64,000 bases of DNA from Nitriliruptoraceae bacterium (GCA_041686695.1 JAWLDJ010000003.1:1137-65136), one strand, 5' to 3'. Positions 46,982 through 55,257 are shown, counted from the stretch's first letter. Program-made: numbers and translations. The notes: generated by a model not told the origin, from the letters alone.

Positions 46982-46989
46982 CTTCGCTC

Positions 46990-47006
46990 GCTATCGCCAT
47001 GATAGC
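46990..47006. promoter_or_regulatory. Palindrome GCTATC-n5-GATAGC immediately upstream of vapB (candidate operator)
   Basis: Perfect 6-bp inverted repeat, read directly. Confidence 0.4.
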
Positions 47007-47061
47007 AGCCGGGGTTGGGCGGAGCGAAGCGGTATGCCGCCTGGCCTGACGGAGGATCGTA

Positions 47062-47151
47062 CGGAAACGCCCGTGTCGTTATGGGCGGAAGCTGCTTCTC
47101 AACGTGCCGCCCGAAGTCACGGCTGCCGCGTGGCGACACGGCAGCCGTGAC
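47062..47151 (+). repeat. Island repeat, copy B, including a perfect 13-bp hairpin (47116-47151)
   Basis: GTCACGGCTGCCG, a 10-nt loop, CGGCAGCCGTGAC. It ends 15 nt from the recombinase stop. Confidence 0.65.
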
Positions 47152-47165
47152 CGTCGATGAGGCCG

Positions 47166-48083
47166 TCACCGGGCGCCGGTGGCCCCGGCGAGGTAGGTCG
47201 CGACGATGTAGGTGGGGTTGCGGTCGAGTGCGCCGCGGGCGCGGTCGTAGCGGCGGGTCTGGCGCGGGTCGGCATGCCGTGCAAAGTCCTGCACGTCCCT
47301 CAGGCTGCACCCAGCATCGAGAGCGGCGGTGATCGCTGCGTGCCGCAGCGAGTGGGGCGAGATGGCCTTTTCGATCCCGGCGCGCTTCGCCAGGCGGCGC
47401 ACAATCCGCCCGGCGGCGTGCCGGTCCAGCCGGCTGCCGTCAGCCCGAGCAAGCAGTGGCCCGTCGGTGCGCTCACCCGCGGCAGCGTCGATGGCTCGCG
47501 AGGTGCGTGGTGCCAGCGGGATGAGAGCGGGCTGGTTGCCCTTCCCGACGATCCGGACAACCCGGTGACCGTTCGCGAGCGCCAGGTCGACCAGATCGGC
47601 TCCGCACGCTTCCGACACGCGCAGGGCGTTGAGGGCGAGCAGACAGGCCAGTGCGTGGTCGTTGCCACCGGACAGACCGGCCTGGACGAGGAACGCGCCA
47701 AGCTCGGACCGGTCGAGTCCGAGCCGGGTCGACTCCTGGGAGACCTTCGGTCGCCGCACGTGGACCGCCGGGGAGTGCTCGAGGAGTTGCTCCTCGACGC
47801 AGTAGCGGTAGAACCCGGTCAGCACAACGAGCTTGAGCGCGACCGTGGCCGCAGCGAGGCCTCTGGCTTCGAGGTCGCGCGCGTAGAGCTCCACGTGTGG
47901 GCGTCGGACGTCGGCCAGTGGCTCGAGCTGGTGCTGGGTGCACCAGTCGAACCAGAGACGTAGCTGGGTGGTATATGCCTGCCGGGTGCCTGGGGACGAG
48001 TAGCTGGCCACGAACGCGACCGCGGCCCAGCTGGCCAGGTCCTGCTCGCCGGCGACGGGCAGGATGAGAGTGGATGCGGTCAT
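47166..48083 (-). CDS. Tyrosine recombinase (XerC/D-like phage-integrase family), apparently intact
   Basis: Start MTASTLILPV at 48083. SAM-like N-terminal domain, then ALRVSEAC (Arg I), GKGNQ, HSLRHAAIT (HxxR) and RRYDR (Tyr region). Confidence 0.9.
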   Translation of the reverse strand: MTASTLILPVAGEQDLASWAAVAFVASYSSPGTRQAYTTQLRLWFDWCTQHQLEPLADVRRPHVELYARDLEARGLAAATVALKLVVLTGFYRYCVEEQLLEHSPAVHVRRPKVSQESTRLGLDRSELGAFLVQAGLSGGNDHALACLLALNALRVSEACGADLVDLALANGHRVVRIVGKGNQPALIPLAPRTSRAIDAAAGERTDGPLLARADGSRLDRHAAGRIVRRLAKRAGIEKAISPHSLRHAAITAALDAGCSLRDVQDFARHADPRQTRRYDRARGALDRNPTYIVATYLAGATGAR

Positions 48084-48176
48084 GGGAGGACCTCCTGTTC
48101 TGCGCCGCGGGATCGGCGCGAGAGCAGCGTCCACCCGTGGTACCTTCAGGACAACCGTAAGGTTCGGAGGTCGGCG

Positions 48177-48461
48177 ATGTCGGAACGCTTCATCGGGGTT
48201 GAGCAAGCCCGCGGGCAGCTCGGCCGCCTGGTCGATGACGTGGCCGGCGGGGCCGAGCCCGTCTCGCTGACCAAGCGTGGACGCCCCGTCGCGGTCCTGG
48301 TCAACCGGGACGAGTGGGAGGCGCTGCAACAGTTCGTGCGTGCCGAAGCTCGTGAGGAACTGCGCCGCCGTCTGACGCAGGTCCGTGACCGCGTCGCTGA
48401 AGCTGGTCTTGATCCGGCCACTGTGGACGAGGCGATCGAGGCGGCCCGGAAGGTGTCGTGA
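48177..48461 (+). CDS. Phd/YefM-family antitoxin
   Basis: 94 aa, MSERFIGVEQARGQLGRLVDDV...LTKRGRPVAVLV. RBS GGAGG. Confidence 0.88.
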   Translation: MSERFIGVEQARGQLGRLVDDVAGGAEPVSLTKRGRPVAVLVNRDEWEALQQFVRAEAREELRRRLTQVRDRVAEAGLDPATVDEAIEAARKVS

Positions 48462-48868
48462 TCCGCGCGGTGCTCGACACCAACACCATCGTGTCCGGAG
48501 TCGGGTGGGGCGGGCCGCCGGGAGCCGTCCTGGACGCGGCCCTGGCCGGCCACTTCGAGATCGTCACGAGCCCGACCCTGCTCGATGAACTGCGCCGCGT
48601 GCTGAACTATCCCAAGCTGCAGGAGGTCGTCGGCGACGCGGACGAGCTCGTCAAGTTCCTCGCCCTGGCCGCCGTCTTGGTCACCCCAACGGAGACGGTC
48701 ACGATCTCCCGGGATCCCGACGATGACCGCCTCATCGAAGCTGCTCTGGCGGCGAACGCCGACGTCATCGTCACCGGCGACCAGGACCTGCTCACCCTGG
48801 GGAGTATCGGCCAGATCCAGGTCCTGACACCCCGAGAGTTCGTCGAGTCTCTCCACTTGGGCACCTGA
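48458..48868 (+). CDS. PIN-domain toxin
   Basis: 136 aa, MIRAVLDTNTIVSG...IVTGDQDLL. 4-nt overlap with the antitoxin. Confidence 0.88.
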   Translation: MIRAVLDTNTIVSGVGWGGPPGAVLDAALAGHFEIVTSPTLLDELRRVLNYPKLQEVVGDADELVKFLALAAVLVTPTETVTISRDPDDDRLIEAALAANADVIVTGDQDLLTLGSIGQIQVLTPREFVESLHLGT

Positions 48869-48892
48869 CTCCCACCAGCGAGGCGCGGAGCA

Positions 48893-48968
48893 ACTATGGG
48901 CGGAAGCGTCTCTGACTTCACCCGCCCATCATCACGGCTGCCGAGTGCTTGCCCCGGAAGCCGTGAGT
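48893..48968 (+). repeat. Island repeat, copy C (degenerate; hairpin arms reduced to TCACGGCT/AGCCGTGA)
   Basis: Shares TATGGGCGGAAGC and TCACGGCTGCCG with copy B. Confidence 0.6.
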
Positions 48969-48980
48969 GGGACTCGGGCC

Positions 48981-49950
48981 TCACCGGGCACCGGTTGCTC
49001 CGGCGAGGTAGGCCGCGACGATGTAGGTGGGGGTGCGGTCGAGCGCGCCGCGGGCGCGGTCGTAGCGGCGGGTCTGGCGTGGGTCTGCTTGCCGGGCGAA
49101 GTCCTGCACGTCCCGCAGGCTGCAAGCTGCATCGAGAGCGGCGGTGATCGCGGCATGTCGGAGGGGAGTGGGGCGAGATCGGCTTGTCGATCCCGGCACG
49201 TTTCGCGAGGCGGCGCATGATCCGTCCGGCGGCGTGCCGGTCCAGTCGGCTGCCATCGTCCCGGGCGAGTAGTGAACCGTCAGTGCGTTCCCCGACCGCG
49301 GCGTCGATCGCTCGCGCCGTGCGCGGGGCGAGAGCCATCAGGGCGGGCTGGTTGCCCTTGCCAACGATGCGGATCACGCTGTGGCCGTTGGCCAGCGCCA
49401 GGTCGGACAACTCGGCACCGCAGGCTTCCGACACGCGCAGCGCGTTCAGCGCGAGCAGGCAGGCCAGGGCGTGGTCGTTGCCACCGGACAGCCCGGCCTG
49501 GACCAGGAACGCGCCGAGCTCGGTGCGGTCAAGACCGAGCCGAGTCGATTCCTGGGAGACCTTCGGTCGGCGCACATGGACCGCTGGAGAGTGCTCGATC
49601 AGCTGTTCCTCAACGAAGTAGCGGTAGAACCCGGTGATCACGACCAGCTTGAGCGCGATCGTTGCCGGAGCGAGGCCACGGGCCTCGAGGTCCCGGGCGT
49701 ACAGCTCGACATGGGGACGGCGGACATCTTCCGACGGCTCCAGAAGGTGCTGTTCGCACCAGGCGAACCAGAGCCGTACCTGGGTTACGTACGCCTGCCG
49801 GGTTCCCGAAGATGAGTAGCTGGCCACGAACGCGACCGCCGCCCAGCTGGCCAGGTCCTGCTCGCCAGTGACGAGATCCTGCTGGGTCTCGTCCGTGCCG
49901 ACGACGGTGCCGCCACGATCGGGGGTCGTGCCTTCCACGAGTTGCCGCAT
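48981..49950 (-). pseudogene. Paralogous tyrosine recombinase, frameshifted by +1 in a G4/C4 run (49163-49166)
   Basis: By eye it is close to 90% identical to 47166..48083. The frame is lost after ...KPISPHS. The remaining LRHAAITAALDA...YLAGATGAR reads in another frame (track ORF 48981..49256). Confidence 0.8.
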
Positions 49951-49989
49951 CCCGCTCGGGTGGTCGGCCCGCTTCTGCCCGACCGTGGG

Positions 49990-50375
49990 TTCCACCCCCG
50001 GCAACGGGTTCGCGAGGTGCTGGCCAGCCTGGCGCCCCTGGCAGGTGTCGAGGAGGCCCGTTGCGACGAACTCCTCGAACGAGTCGGGCTGTCTGATGCC
50101 GCCCGGTCACTGACCAAGACCCTCTCGACCGAGCGGGCGTCGTCGGAGGTCTCGAGCTCGTGGACGACCCCGACCCGCCGACGCAGGGTCGCCACTGACC
50201 CGTTGTACACGGGGCTGCCCGACTGCAGCAGGACGGCTCGATCCGCGGTGGCCTCCACGAGGACGAGCGCCGCTGGTTCGCCGAGCAACGCGATCGAGAT
50301 CTTCAGACGAACCGTCGCTCGGAGGGCTACGGCACGGCGCAGTTCGGTCTCGAGCCGGTCGCGACGCCGGAGCAT
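49990..50375. pseudogene. ABC-ATPase-like fragments on opposite strands (rearranged remnant)
   Basis: The plus frame reads RVREVLASLAPLAGVEEARCDELLERVGLSDAARSLTKTLS. The minus frame reads RLKISIALLGEPAALVLVEATADRAVLLQSGSPVYNGSVATL. No Walker A motif was seen. Confidence 0.3.
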
Positions 50376-50511
50376 GGCGGCGAGCTGTCGGCGGCCGGGG
50401 GGCCTTCGCGGGTCATCGTGGCGTCGAGGTCCTCGAGCCGTCGGGTGGCCTCGGTGAGCCGGCCGACGGTCTGGTCGTGCTCGGTGGTCAGGTCGTGGAT
50501 GAGCCGGCGCC

Positions 50512-50676
50512 TCAGCGGTCGTCGCGCCGGAAGTGCCGGTCCACGGGCCGGAGGACCAGTACGACCACGATGCCGGCGATGGCGCCGCTGACGAGCGCGG
50601 TGTTGAACGACGGATCGTCGAACATCAGGTTCTCCACGACCGCGACCGCGATGCCGATGACGGCAGCGATGGCCAT
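50512..50676 (-). CDS. Possible 54-aa two-TM protein
   Basis: MAIAAVIGIAVAVVENLMFDDPSFNTALVSGAIAGIVVVLVLRPVDRHFRRDDR. It is the C-terminal end of an otherwise implausible 288-aa track ORF. Confidence 0.35.
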   Translation of the reverse strand: MAIAAVIGIAVAVVENLMFDDPSFNTALVSGAIAGIVVVLVLRPVDRHFRRDDR

Positions 50677-51001
50677 GAGGACCCCCAGGGTCTTCGCGGT
50701 ATGGATGTGTGCTCCTCGGTCGAGGTTCCGCAGCTGTTCGACGGTACGAGTCGCTGCTGCGGGCGGGTCCCATCCTTCGGACACTGGACATCGGCGCTGC
50801 CGCGAACTCCTCGACCACCCCCGCGCGGACAGCATCGCGGAGTTGCCGGCGTGACAGCCCATCCGAGCTGGTCCGTGCCGCCGATCCCGGTTGGGAAGGA
50901 GCCGTCCAGGTTGGTGGGGACTTGGGCACCCGCGCGGGTGCCGGTGCTGACGCGCCTGCTCGGCGCAGCGGCGAGGGTCAGCGTTTGCCTGTCCCTGCCG
51001 G

Positions 51002-51409
51002 TCAGGAGGCGCTGGCGACGATCGAGCGCTCCAGGATGGCGGCGAGTTCGTCGTGATCCGCCGGGGTGATGATCTCGTCGAGGTCCACCGGCCGCCCGTC
51101 GACGCGCAACTGCAGCAGCCCGAGCCTGGTCGCCTCCTCCGCGGCCGCGACGAGGAGCTCAGCGTCGAGCGGGCGCGGCTGCTGCATCCGGAACCCGTCG
51201 CTGTGGCGGACCCCGTCCGCGGGCTGCACGAGACCGCGGAAGACCGGTCCCGGATCGGCGTTGTAGGTGGCGACCTCCGCCCGGATACGGGTGCGCAGGA
51301 TGTCGCGGACGGTGACCTCGTCGGCGAGGCCGGTGATCTGGGCACCGCCGAGCACGTGCCCGGCCCGGCTCTGGTCACGCATCAACAGCTCGCTCATGGT
51401 CACGAGCAT
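51002..51409 (-). CDS. Hypothetical protein (135 aa)
   Basis: Clean ORF with coding-like composition, divergent from the response-regulator gene. No motif was recognised. Confidence 0.55.
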   Translation of the reverse strand: MLVTMSELLMRDQSRAGHVLGGAQITGLADEVTVRDILRTRIRAEVATYNADPGPVFRGLVQPADGVRHSDGFRMQQPRPLDAELLVAAAEEATRLGLLQLRVDGRPVDLDEIITPADHDELAAILERSIVASAS

Positions 51410-51453
51410 AGGTCGGTGGGGGCCGGCGGCCGCACCGTCGCCGGGCTACTACG

Positions 51454-52137
51454 GTGATGTCGATGGCTGAGGTCCCCCGGTTACTGGTGGTCGAGGACGA
51501 CCGTGTCCTGCGCGATGCGATCGCTGCTGCGTTGCGGCATGAGGGGTATCGCGTGCGGTCGACGAGTCGGTCGGAGCGTGCGATGGAGCTCGTGTCGTCG
51601 TTCCGGCCGGACCTGGCGGTGCTGGACGTTCGGTTCCCGTCCGGTCCGGACGGCTTCGAACTCGGCCGGCGGGTCCGCGGGGTATCCGACGCGCCGATCG
51701 TGTTCGTCTCGGCGGCTGATGGTCTGGAGGACCGCCTGTCCGGCTTCGAGCTCGGTGCCGATGACTACATCGTGAAACCGTTCGCGATGCCGGAGTTGCT
51801 CGCCCGGGTCGGTGTGGCGCTGCGGCGGGCGGGTCGGATGACCTCGGGTGTGGAGGCGGTGGGAGACCTGGTCCTGGACGAGATGGCACGCACGGTCGTG
51901 CGCCGTGGCGAGATCGTCGAGTTGACGCCGACGGAGTTCGATCTGCTCGCGGTGTTCGTGCGGCATCCGGGCCGGGTGTTCTCGAAGAGCCGGCTGTTGG
52001 CGTTGGTGTGGGATTTCGACGCCTACGACGACAATCTCGTCGAGGTCTACGTCAGCTCGCTGCGGCAGAAACTCGAGCTGCACGGCGAACGCATCCTGCA
52101 GACGGTCCGCGGGGCCGGCTACGTCTTGCGGGCGTGA
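51454..52137 (+). CDS. OmpR/PhoB-family response regulator
   Basis: Receiver domain (LLVVEDD...LDVRFP...) plus a winged-helix output domain (ELTPTEFDLL...VYVSSLRQKL). Confidence 0.92.
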   Translation: MMSMAEVPRLLVVEDDRVLRDAIAAALRHEGYRVRSTSRSERAMELVSSFRPDLAVLDVRFPSGPDGFELGRRVRGVSDAPIVFVSAADGLEDRLSGFELGADDYIVKPFAMPELLARVGVALRRAGRMTSGVEAVGDLVLDEMARTVVRRGEIVELTPTEFDLLAVFVRHPGRVFSKSRLLALVWDFDAYDDNLVEVYVSSLRQKLELHGERILQTVRGAGYVLRA

Positions 52138-52161
52138 GCGGGGTGGCATGAGGCAGCCAAC

Positions 52162-53466
52162 GTGAGAGCGGCCAACCTCCCGCTACGTCGGCGCGTGACG
52201 ATCACGGGCACGTTGGTGGTGGCGGTCCTCGTGCTCGTCCTCGACGTGTTCGTCTACGTCAGCTTGCGCGATCGGATGCTGTCGAACCTGGAACGCGTGC
52301 TCGATGCGCGTGAGCAGTTGGTCGAGGGTCTCGACCAGGAGCTGGGACCCGAGGAGATCGCCGACCGGCTCGACAGTGCCGGAGTGCGGGCGGTGGTGCG
52401 CACGGTCGACGGCGTGGAGTACCGCAGCGGAGGCGCGCCTGCGTTGAACCTGATACCTCCTGCGGAGGCTGAGGAGCCGCTGGCCAGTCGCATGGTGCCG
52501 CTCTCCGATGGAGCGGTCGCCTTCGTACTCGCCTCACGTGGCGGTATCGAGACGACCCTCAACCGGCTGGTGGTGCTGGCCGGTACCGGCACCGTGATCG
52601 TGATCGGGCTGGCGATCGCGGTGTTCGCCTGGCTCTCCTCGCGTGTCTTGCAGCCGGTGCGGGAGGTGGCGAGCACGGCGCAGCACATCGCGCTGGGGCA
52701 CCTCGATGAGCGTCTCGATGCCAGAGGGGACGACGCGGAGCTCAGCGAGATGGTGCGGACCTTCAACGGGATGCTCGATGCGCTCGAGGCCGCGCTCGAA
52801 CGTTCGCGCGAAGCCGAGCAGGTCAGCCGACGGTTCCTGGCGGACGCAGCCCATCAACTGCGTACGCCGGCGGCCGGGATCAGGGCGTCGGTCGGAGCGA
52901 CGCTGCGGACACCGGAAGGACCCGATCGCGAGCAACTGCTGGACAACCTGGCGCAGGAGTCGGCACGGATGGCGCGATTGCTGTCCTCGCTGTTACGGGT
53001 CGCGCGACTCGACAGCCAAGAGCCTCCCAGGTTCGAGCGCACCGCTCTCGACGAACTCTTGGCCGGACTCGTGGAGCGGCACCGTGCGCGCGCTCCCTGG
53101 ATCACCTTCGAGCTCGAGGCAGCCAGTGACGTGTGGGCTGAGGTCGACGCCGGTTCCCTGCACGAGGCGGTCGACAACCTGCTCGACAACGCGGTCCGGC
53201 ATGCTGCAGGTCGGGTCCTCATCCGGCTGGAGGTGGCCGAGGACGCCCTCACGATCCGGGTCAGCGATGACGGTCCCGGTGTCGCTGCTGCCGACGCGGA
53301 GACGATCTTCGACCGCTTCGTGACGCTGGGCGATGGAGCAGGGACCGGTCTGGGCCTTCCCATCGCGCGCGGGATCGCGGTGGCTCACGGTGGATCGCTG
53401 GTCTACGCCGAGGGGGGGTTCGTCCTGCGGTTGCCGGGTGAGCGACCCACCGTGGGCCAGACCTGA
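52162..53466 (+). CDS. Sensor histidine kinase (2 TM, HAMP, HisKA, HATPase_c)
   Basis: H-box FLADAAHQLRTP, N-box DNLLDNAVRH, G-boxes DDGPGV and GTGLGL. Confidence 0.92.
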   Translation: MRAANLPLRRRVTITGTLVVAVLVLVLDVFVYVSLRDRMLSNLERVLDAREQLVEGLDQELGPEEIADRLDSAGVRAVVRTVDGVEYRSGGAPALNLIPPAEAEEPLASRMVPLSDGAVAFVLASRGGIETTLNRLVVLAGTGTVIVIGLAIAVFAWLSSRVLQPVREVASTAQHIALGHLDERLDARGDDAELSEMVRTFNGMLDALEAALERSREAEQVSRRFLADAAHQLRTPAAGIRASVGATLRTPEGPDREQLLDNLAQESARMARLLSSLLRVARLDSQEPPRFERTALDELLAGLVERHRARAPWITFELEAASDVWAEVDAGSLHEAVDNLLDNAVRHAAGRVLIRLEVAEDALTIRVSDDGPGVAAADAETIFDRFVTLGDGAGTGLGLPIARGIAVAHGGSLVYAEGGFVLRLPGERPTVGQT

Positions 53467-53653
53467 GAGTGACCTGAACGTTGGTCCGAACGGACACCTC
53501 GCCGGACCTGGCGAACGGGCCCACGGATCCGCGACTCTCGCCGTCCTGTGCCGGTTTCAGGTCGTTGCGGTGGGTCGGGGTCGGCTCTGGGGCCGTTGTC
53601 GAGATGGAAGACGCTCTCGTAGGTTCGAGCCGTCTATCACGAAGGAGCATCTT

Positions 53654-53809
53654 GTGAAGCAACGTCGGATCCCCGCCATCGCGATGATGGCTGCCGCTGG
53701 CGCCTTGGCCTTCGGTGCGGTCGGCTGCGAGGTCGAAGACGGTGCCGACGGCACCGGCGACCCGCTGCTCGAGGAGAACGACGACCTCGGCGGCGACCTG
53801 GACGGCTGA
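53654..53809 (+). CDS. Possible 51-aa acidic lipoprotein downstream of the two-component system
   Basis: In-frame GTG 53654 lies 6 nt after GAAGGAG. Lipobox ALAFGAVGC followed by EVEDGADGTGDPLLEENDDLGGDLDG. Confidence 0.5.
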   Translation: MKQRRIPAIAMMAAAGALAFGAVGCEVEDGADGTGDPLLEENDDLGGDLDG

Positions 53810-53827
53810 GCCAGGTGACCGATCTTC

Positions 53828-53877
53828 AGCTCCCGCACGGTCCACGTGCCCCCCAGGCAGGTGACCGTGCGGGAGCT
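53828..53877. terminator. 15-bp perfect inverted repeat (AGCTCCCGCACGGTC ... GACCGTGCGGGAGCT), 20-nt loop
   Basis: Read directly. It begins 19 nt after the small lipoprotein stop. Confidence 0.55.
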
Positions 53878-53987
53878 TCGACCGTTGCGAGTCACGACGG
53901 CCGGGCCGTCGAGCCGCTGCCGGACGAGGATCGGAAGCGATACGAGCTCGTGTCCCGCCACAACCTCGTACGTGGTGACCGTGCCGG

Positions 53988-54236
53988 CTATCGGCGCAGG
54001 TGGGGGATGAGGAACAGGACGCACGCCACGAGGAAGACGACACTGCCGACCGTGATCAGGACATCGCCATCACGCAGCCCCGCGGCGCCGAACAACAGCG
54101 CACAGACCAGGAACAGGATCCAGCCCCAGAAGTCGAATCGCTCCAATGCCGCTCCGAGTTCCCAGCTTCCGCCCGACGGGCGGCCAGGGTAGGCCGTGTC
54201 GTCGTGCGGATCGGGCGCAGCACCCCGTCCCGGCAT
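53988..54236 (-). CDS. Small two-TM membrane protein (hypothetical)
   Basis: Internal Met of the track ORF. MPGRGAAPDP...FDFWGWILFLVCALLFGAAGLRDGDVLITVGSVVFLVACVLFLIPHL. Confidence 0.45.
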   Translation of the reverse strand: MPGRGAAPDPHDDTAYPGRPSGGSWELGAALERFDFWGWILFLVCALLFGAAGLRDGDVLITVGSVVFLVACVLFLIPHLRR

Positions 54237-54372
54237 CCGGCGAACCTCGTACTGGCGGTCACGGCAGGGTCCGCCGTGGCACGGTTTCCACTCCGAGGTC
54301 GGTGGATCGGACCGACAGGTGCCTAGGGTCCGCCCCCCGACGGACGTTCCGCACACCTCGGAGGACCCTCCC

Positions 54373-55257
54373 ATGACATCCACCACGCTGCCGTTGCCAG
54401 GTCACCTCGTCGACGGTGACTGGCTGCAGCAACACCTCGGCCATGACGGGCTGCGGATACTCGATGCGACCGTGATCCTCGATCCGGCCTCGTGGGAGGC
54501 GAACTCGGGACGCAGCGCTTTCGACGCCTCGCACGTCCCGGGAGCGACCTTCGTCGACCTCATCGCCGAGGTGTCCGACCCGGCTGGCGACGTCGATCTG
54601 CCGCAGGGCGTCCACGCCTACAAGCTGCCGACCCCCGAGGCCTTCGCCGCAGCGATCAGCGAGCACGGGGTCGGGGACGCAACGACCGTCGTGGTCTACG
54701 ACACGTCCGCCGGGATGTGGGCCGCTCGGCTGTGGTGGCTGCTGCGCTACTTCGGTCACGAGCAGGTCGCGGTCCTCGACGGCGGCTGGGACCGCTGGGT
54801 GCGGGAGGGCCGCCCGGTCACCTCGGAGCGGACCACGGTCGAACCTGCGACCTTCACGGCACGGGTTCGACCCGAGTTGCTCGCCACCAAGACCGAGATC
54901 GAGTCGAGCCTGGGCGACGAGGCGACCGTGCTCGTCAACGCGCTGTGGCCCGCGTCCTTCCGCGGCGAGGCGGTGACACCGTTGCAGCGGCCGGGCCGGA
55001 TCCCCGGCTCGGTCAACGTGCCGTTCACGACCACCGTCGACGCGACCGGGGGTCTGCGCGCGCCTGAGGAGCTCCGTGCGCTGTTCGCAGAGGCCGGAGC
55101 GACGCCGGACAAGCGGGTGGTGGCGTACTGCGGCGGCGGCATCGCGGCCGCGGCCGACGTCCTCGCGCTGGCAGCCGCCGGAGTGCAAGCGGCGCTGTAC
55201 GACGGCTCGTTGGTGGAGTGGGTCGCCGACCCCGAAGCGCCCCTCGAGGTCGGTTGA
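54373..55257 (+). CDS. Tandem-rhodanese sulfurtransferase (SseA / 3-mercaptopyruvate-thiosulfate type)
   Basis: ATG 54373 (MTSTTLPLPGHLVDGDWL). Two rhodanese domains with the active-site loop YCGGGIAAA. Confidence 0.9.
   Translation: MTSTTLPLPGHLVDGDWLQQHLGHDGLRILDATVILDPASWEANSGRSAFDASHVPGATFVDLIAEVSDPAGDVDLPQGVHAYKLPTPEAFAAAISEHGVGDATTVVVYDTSAGMWAARLWWLLRYFGHEQVAVLDGGWDRWVREGRPVTSERTTVEPATFTARVRPELLATKTEIESSLGDEATVLVNALWPASFRGEAVTPLQRPGRIPGSVNVPFTTTVDATGGLRAPEELRALFAEAGATPDKRVVAYCGGGIAAAADVLALAAAGVQAALYDGSLVEWVADPEAPLEVG

Larger units (their letters stand above)
44113..49950. mobile_element. Mosaic genomic island: an old tRNA-targeting integrase remnant plus repeat-bounded recombinase/TA modules
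   Basis: It holds three recombinase genes or remnants, two TA pairs, three direct copies of the ~70-90-bp repeat, and a locally lower-GC non-coding stretch (44.6-45.1 kb). The right boundary is not defined. Confidence 0.5.

Noticed and set aside
44601-48968. Integron-like cassette array (repeat = attC, recombinase = IntI)
   Set aside because: The repeat does not fit the attC R''/R' cores (RYYYAAC/GTTRRRY). The cassettes hold several genes in both orientations with their own promoters. The recombinases look XerC/D-like, with no sign of the IntI-specific insertion.
50327-51378. Track ORFs 50327..50929 (-), 50512..51378 (-) and 50533..51069 (+) as real genes
   Set aside because: Their composition is dominated by Arg/Pro/Gly runs. 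Only short segments look protein-like, so they are treated as remnants apart from a possible 54-aa membrane ORF.
53540-53640. Third, degenerate copy of the tRNA-Leu 3' half (GGTTTCAGGTC ... GGTTCGAGCC), which would be a distal att site
   Set aside because: The spacing between the anticodon-like and T-loop-like pieces is about twice that of the tRNA, and the identity is poor. The T-loop-like part is better explained as a local hairpin (53609-53633).
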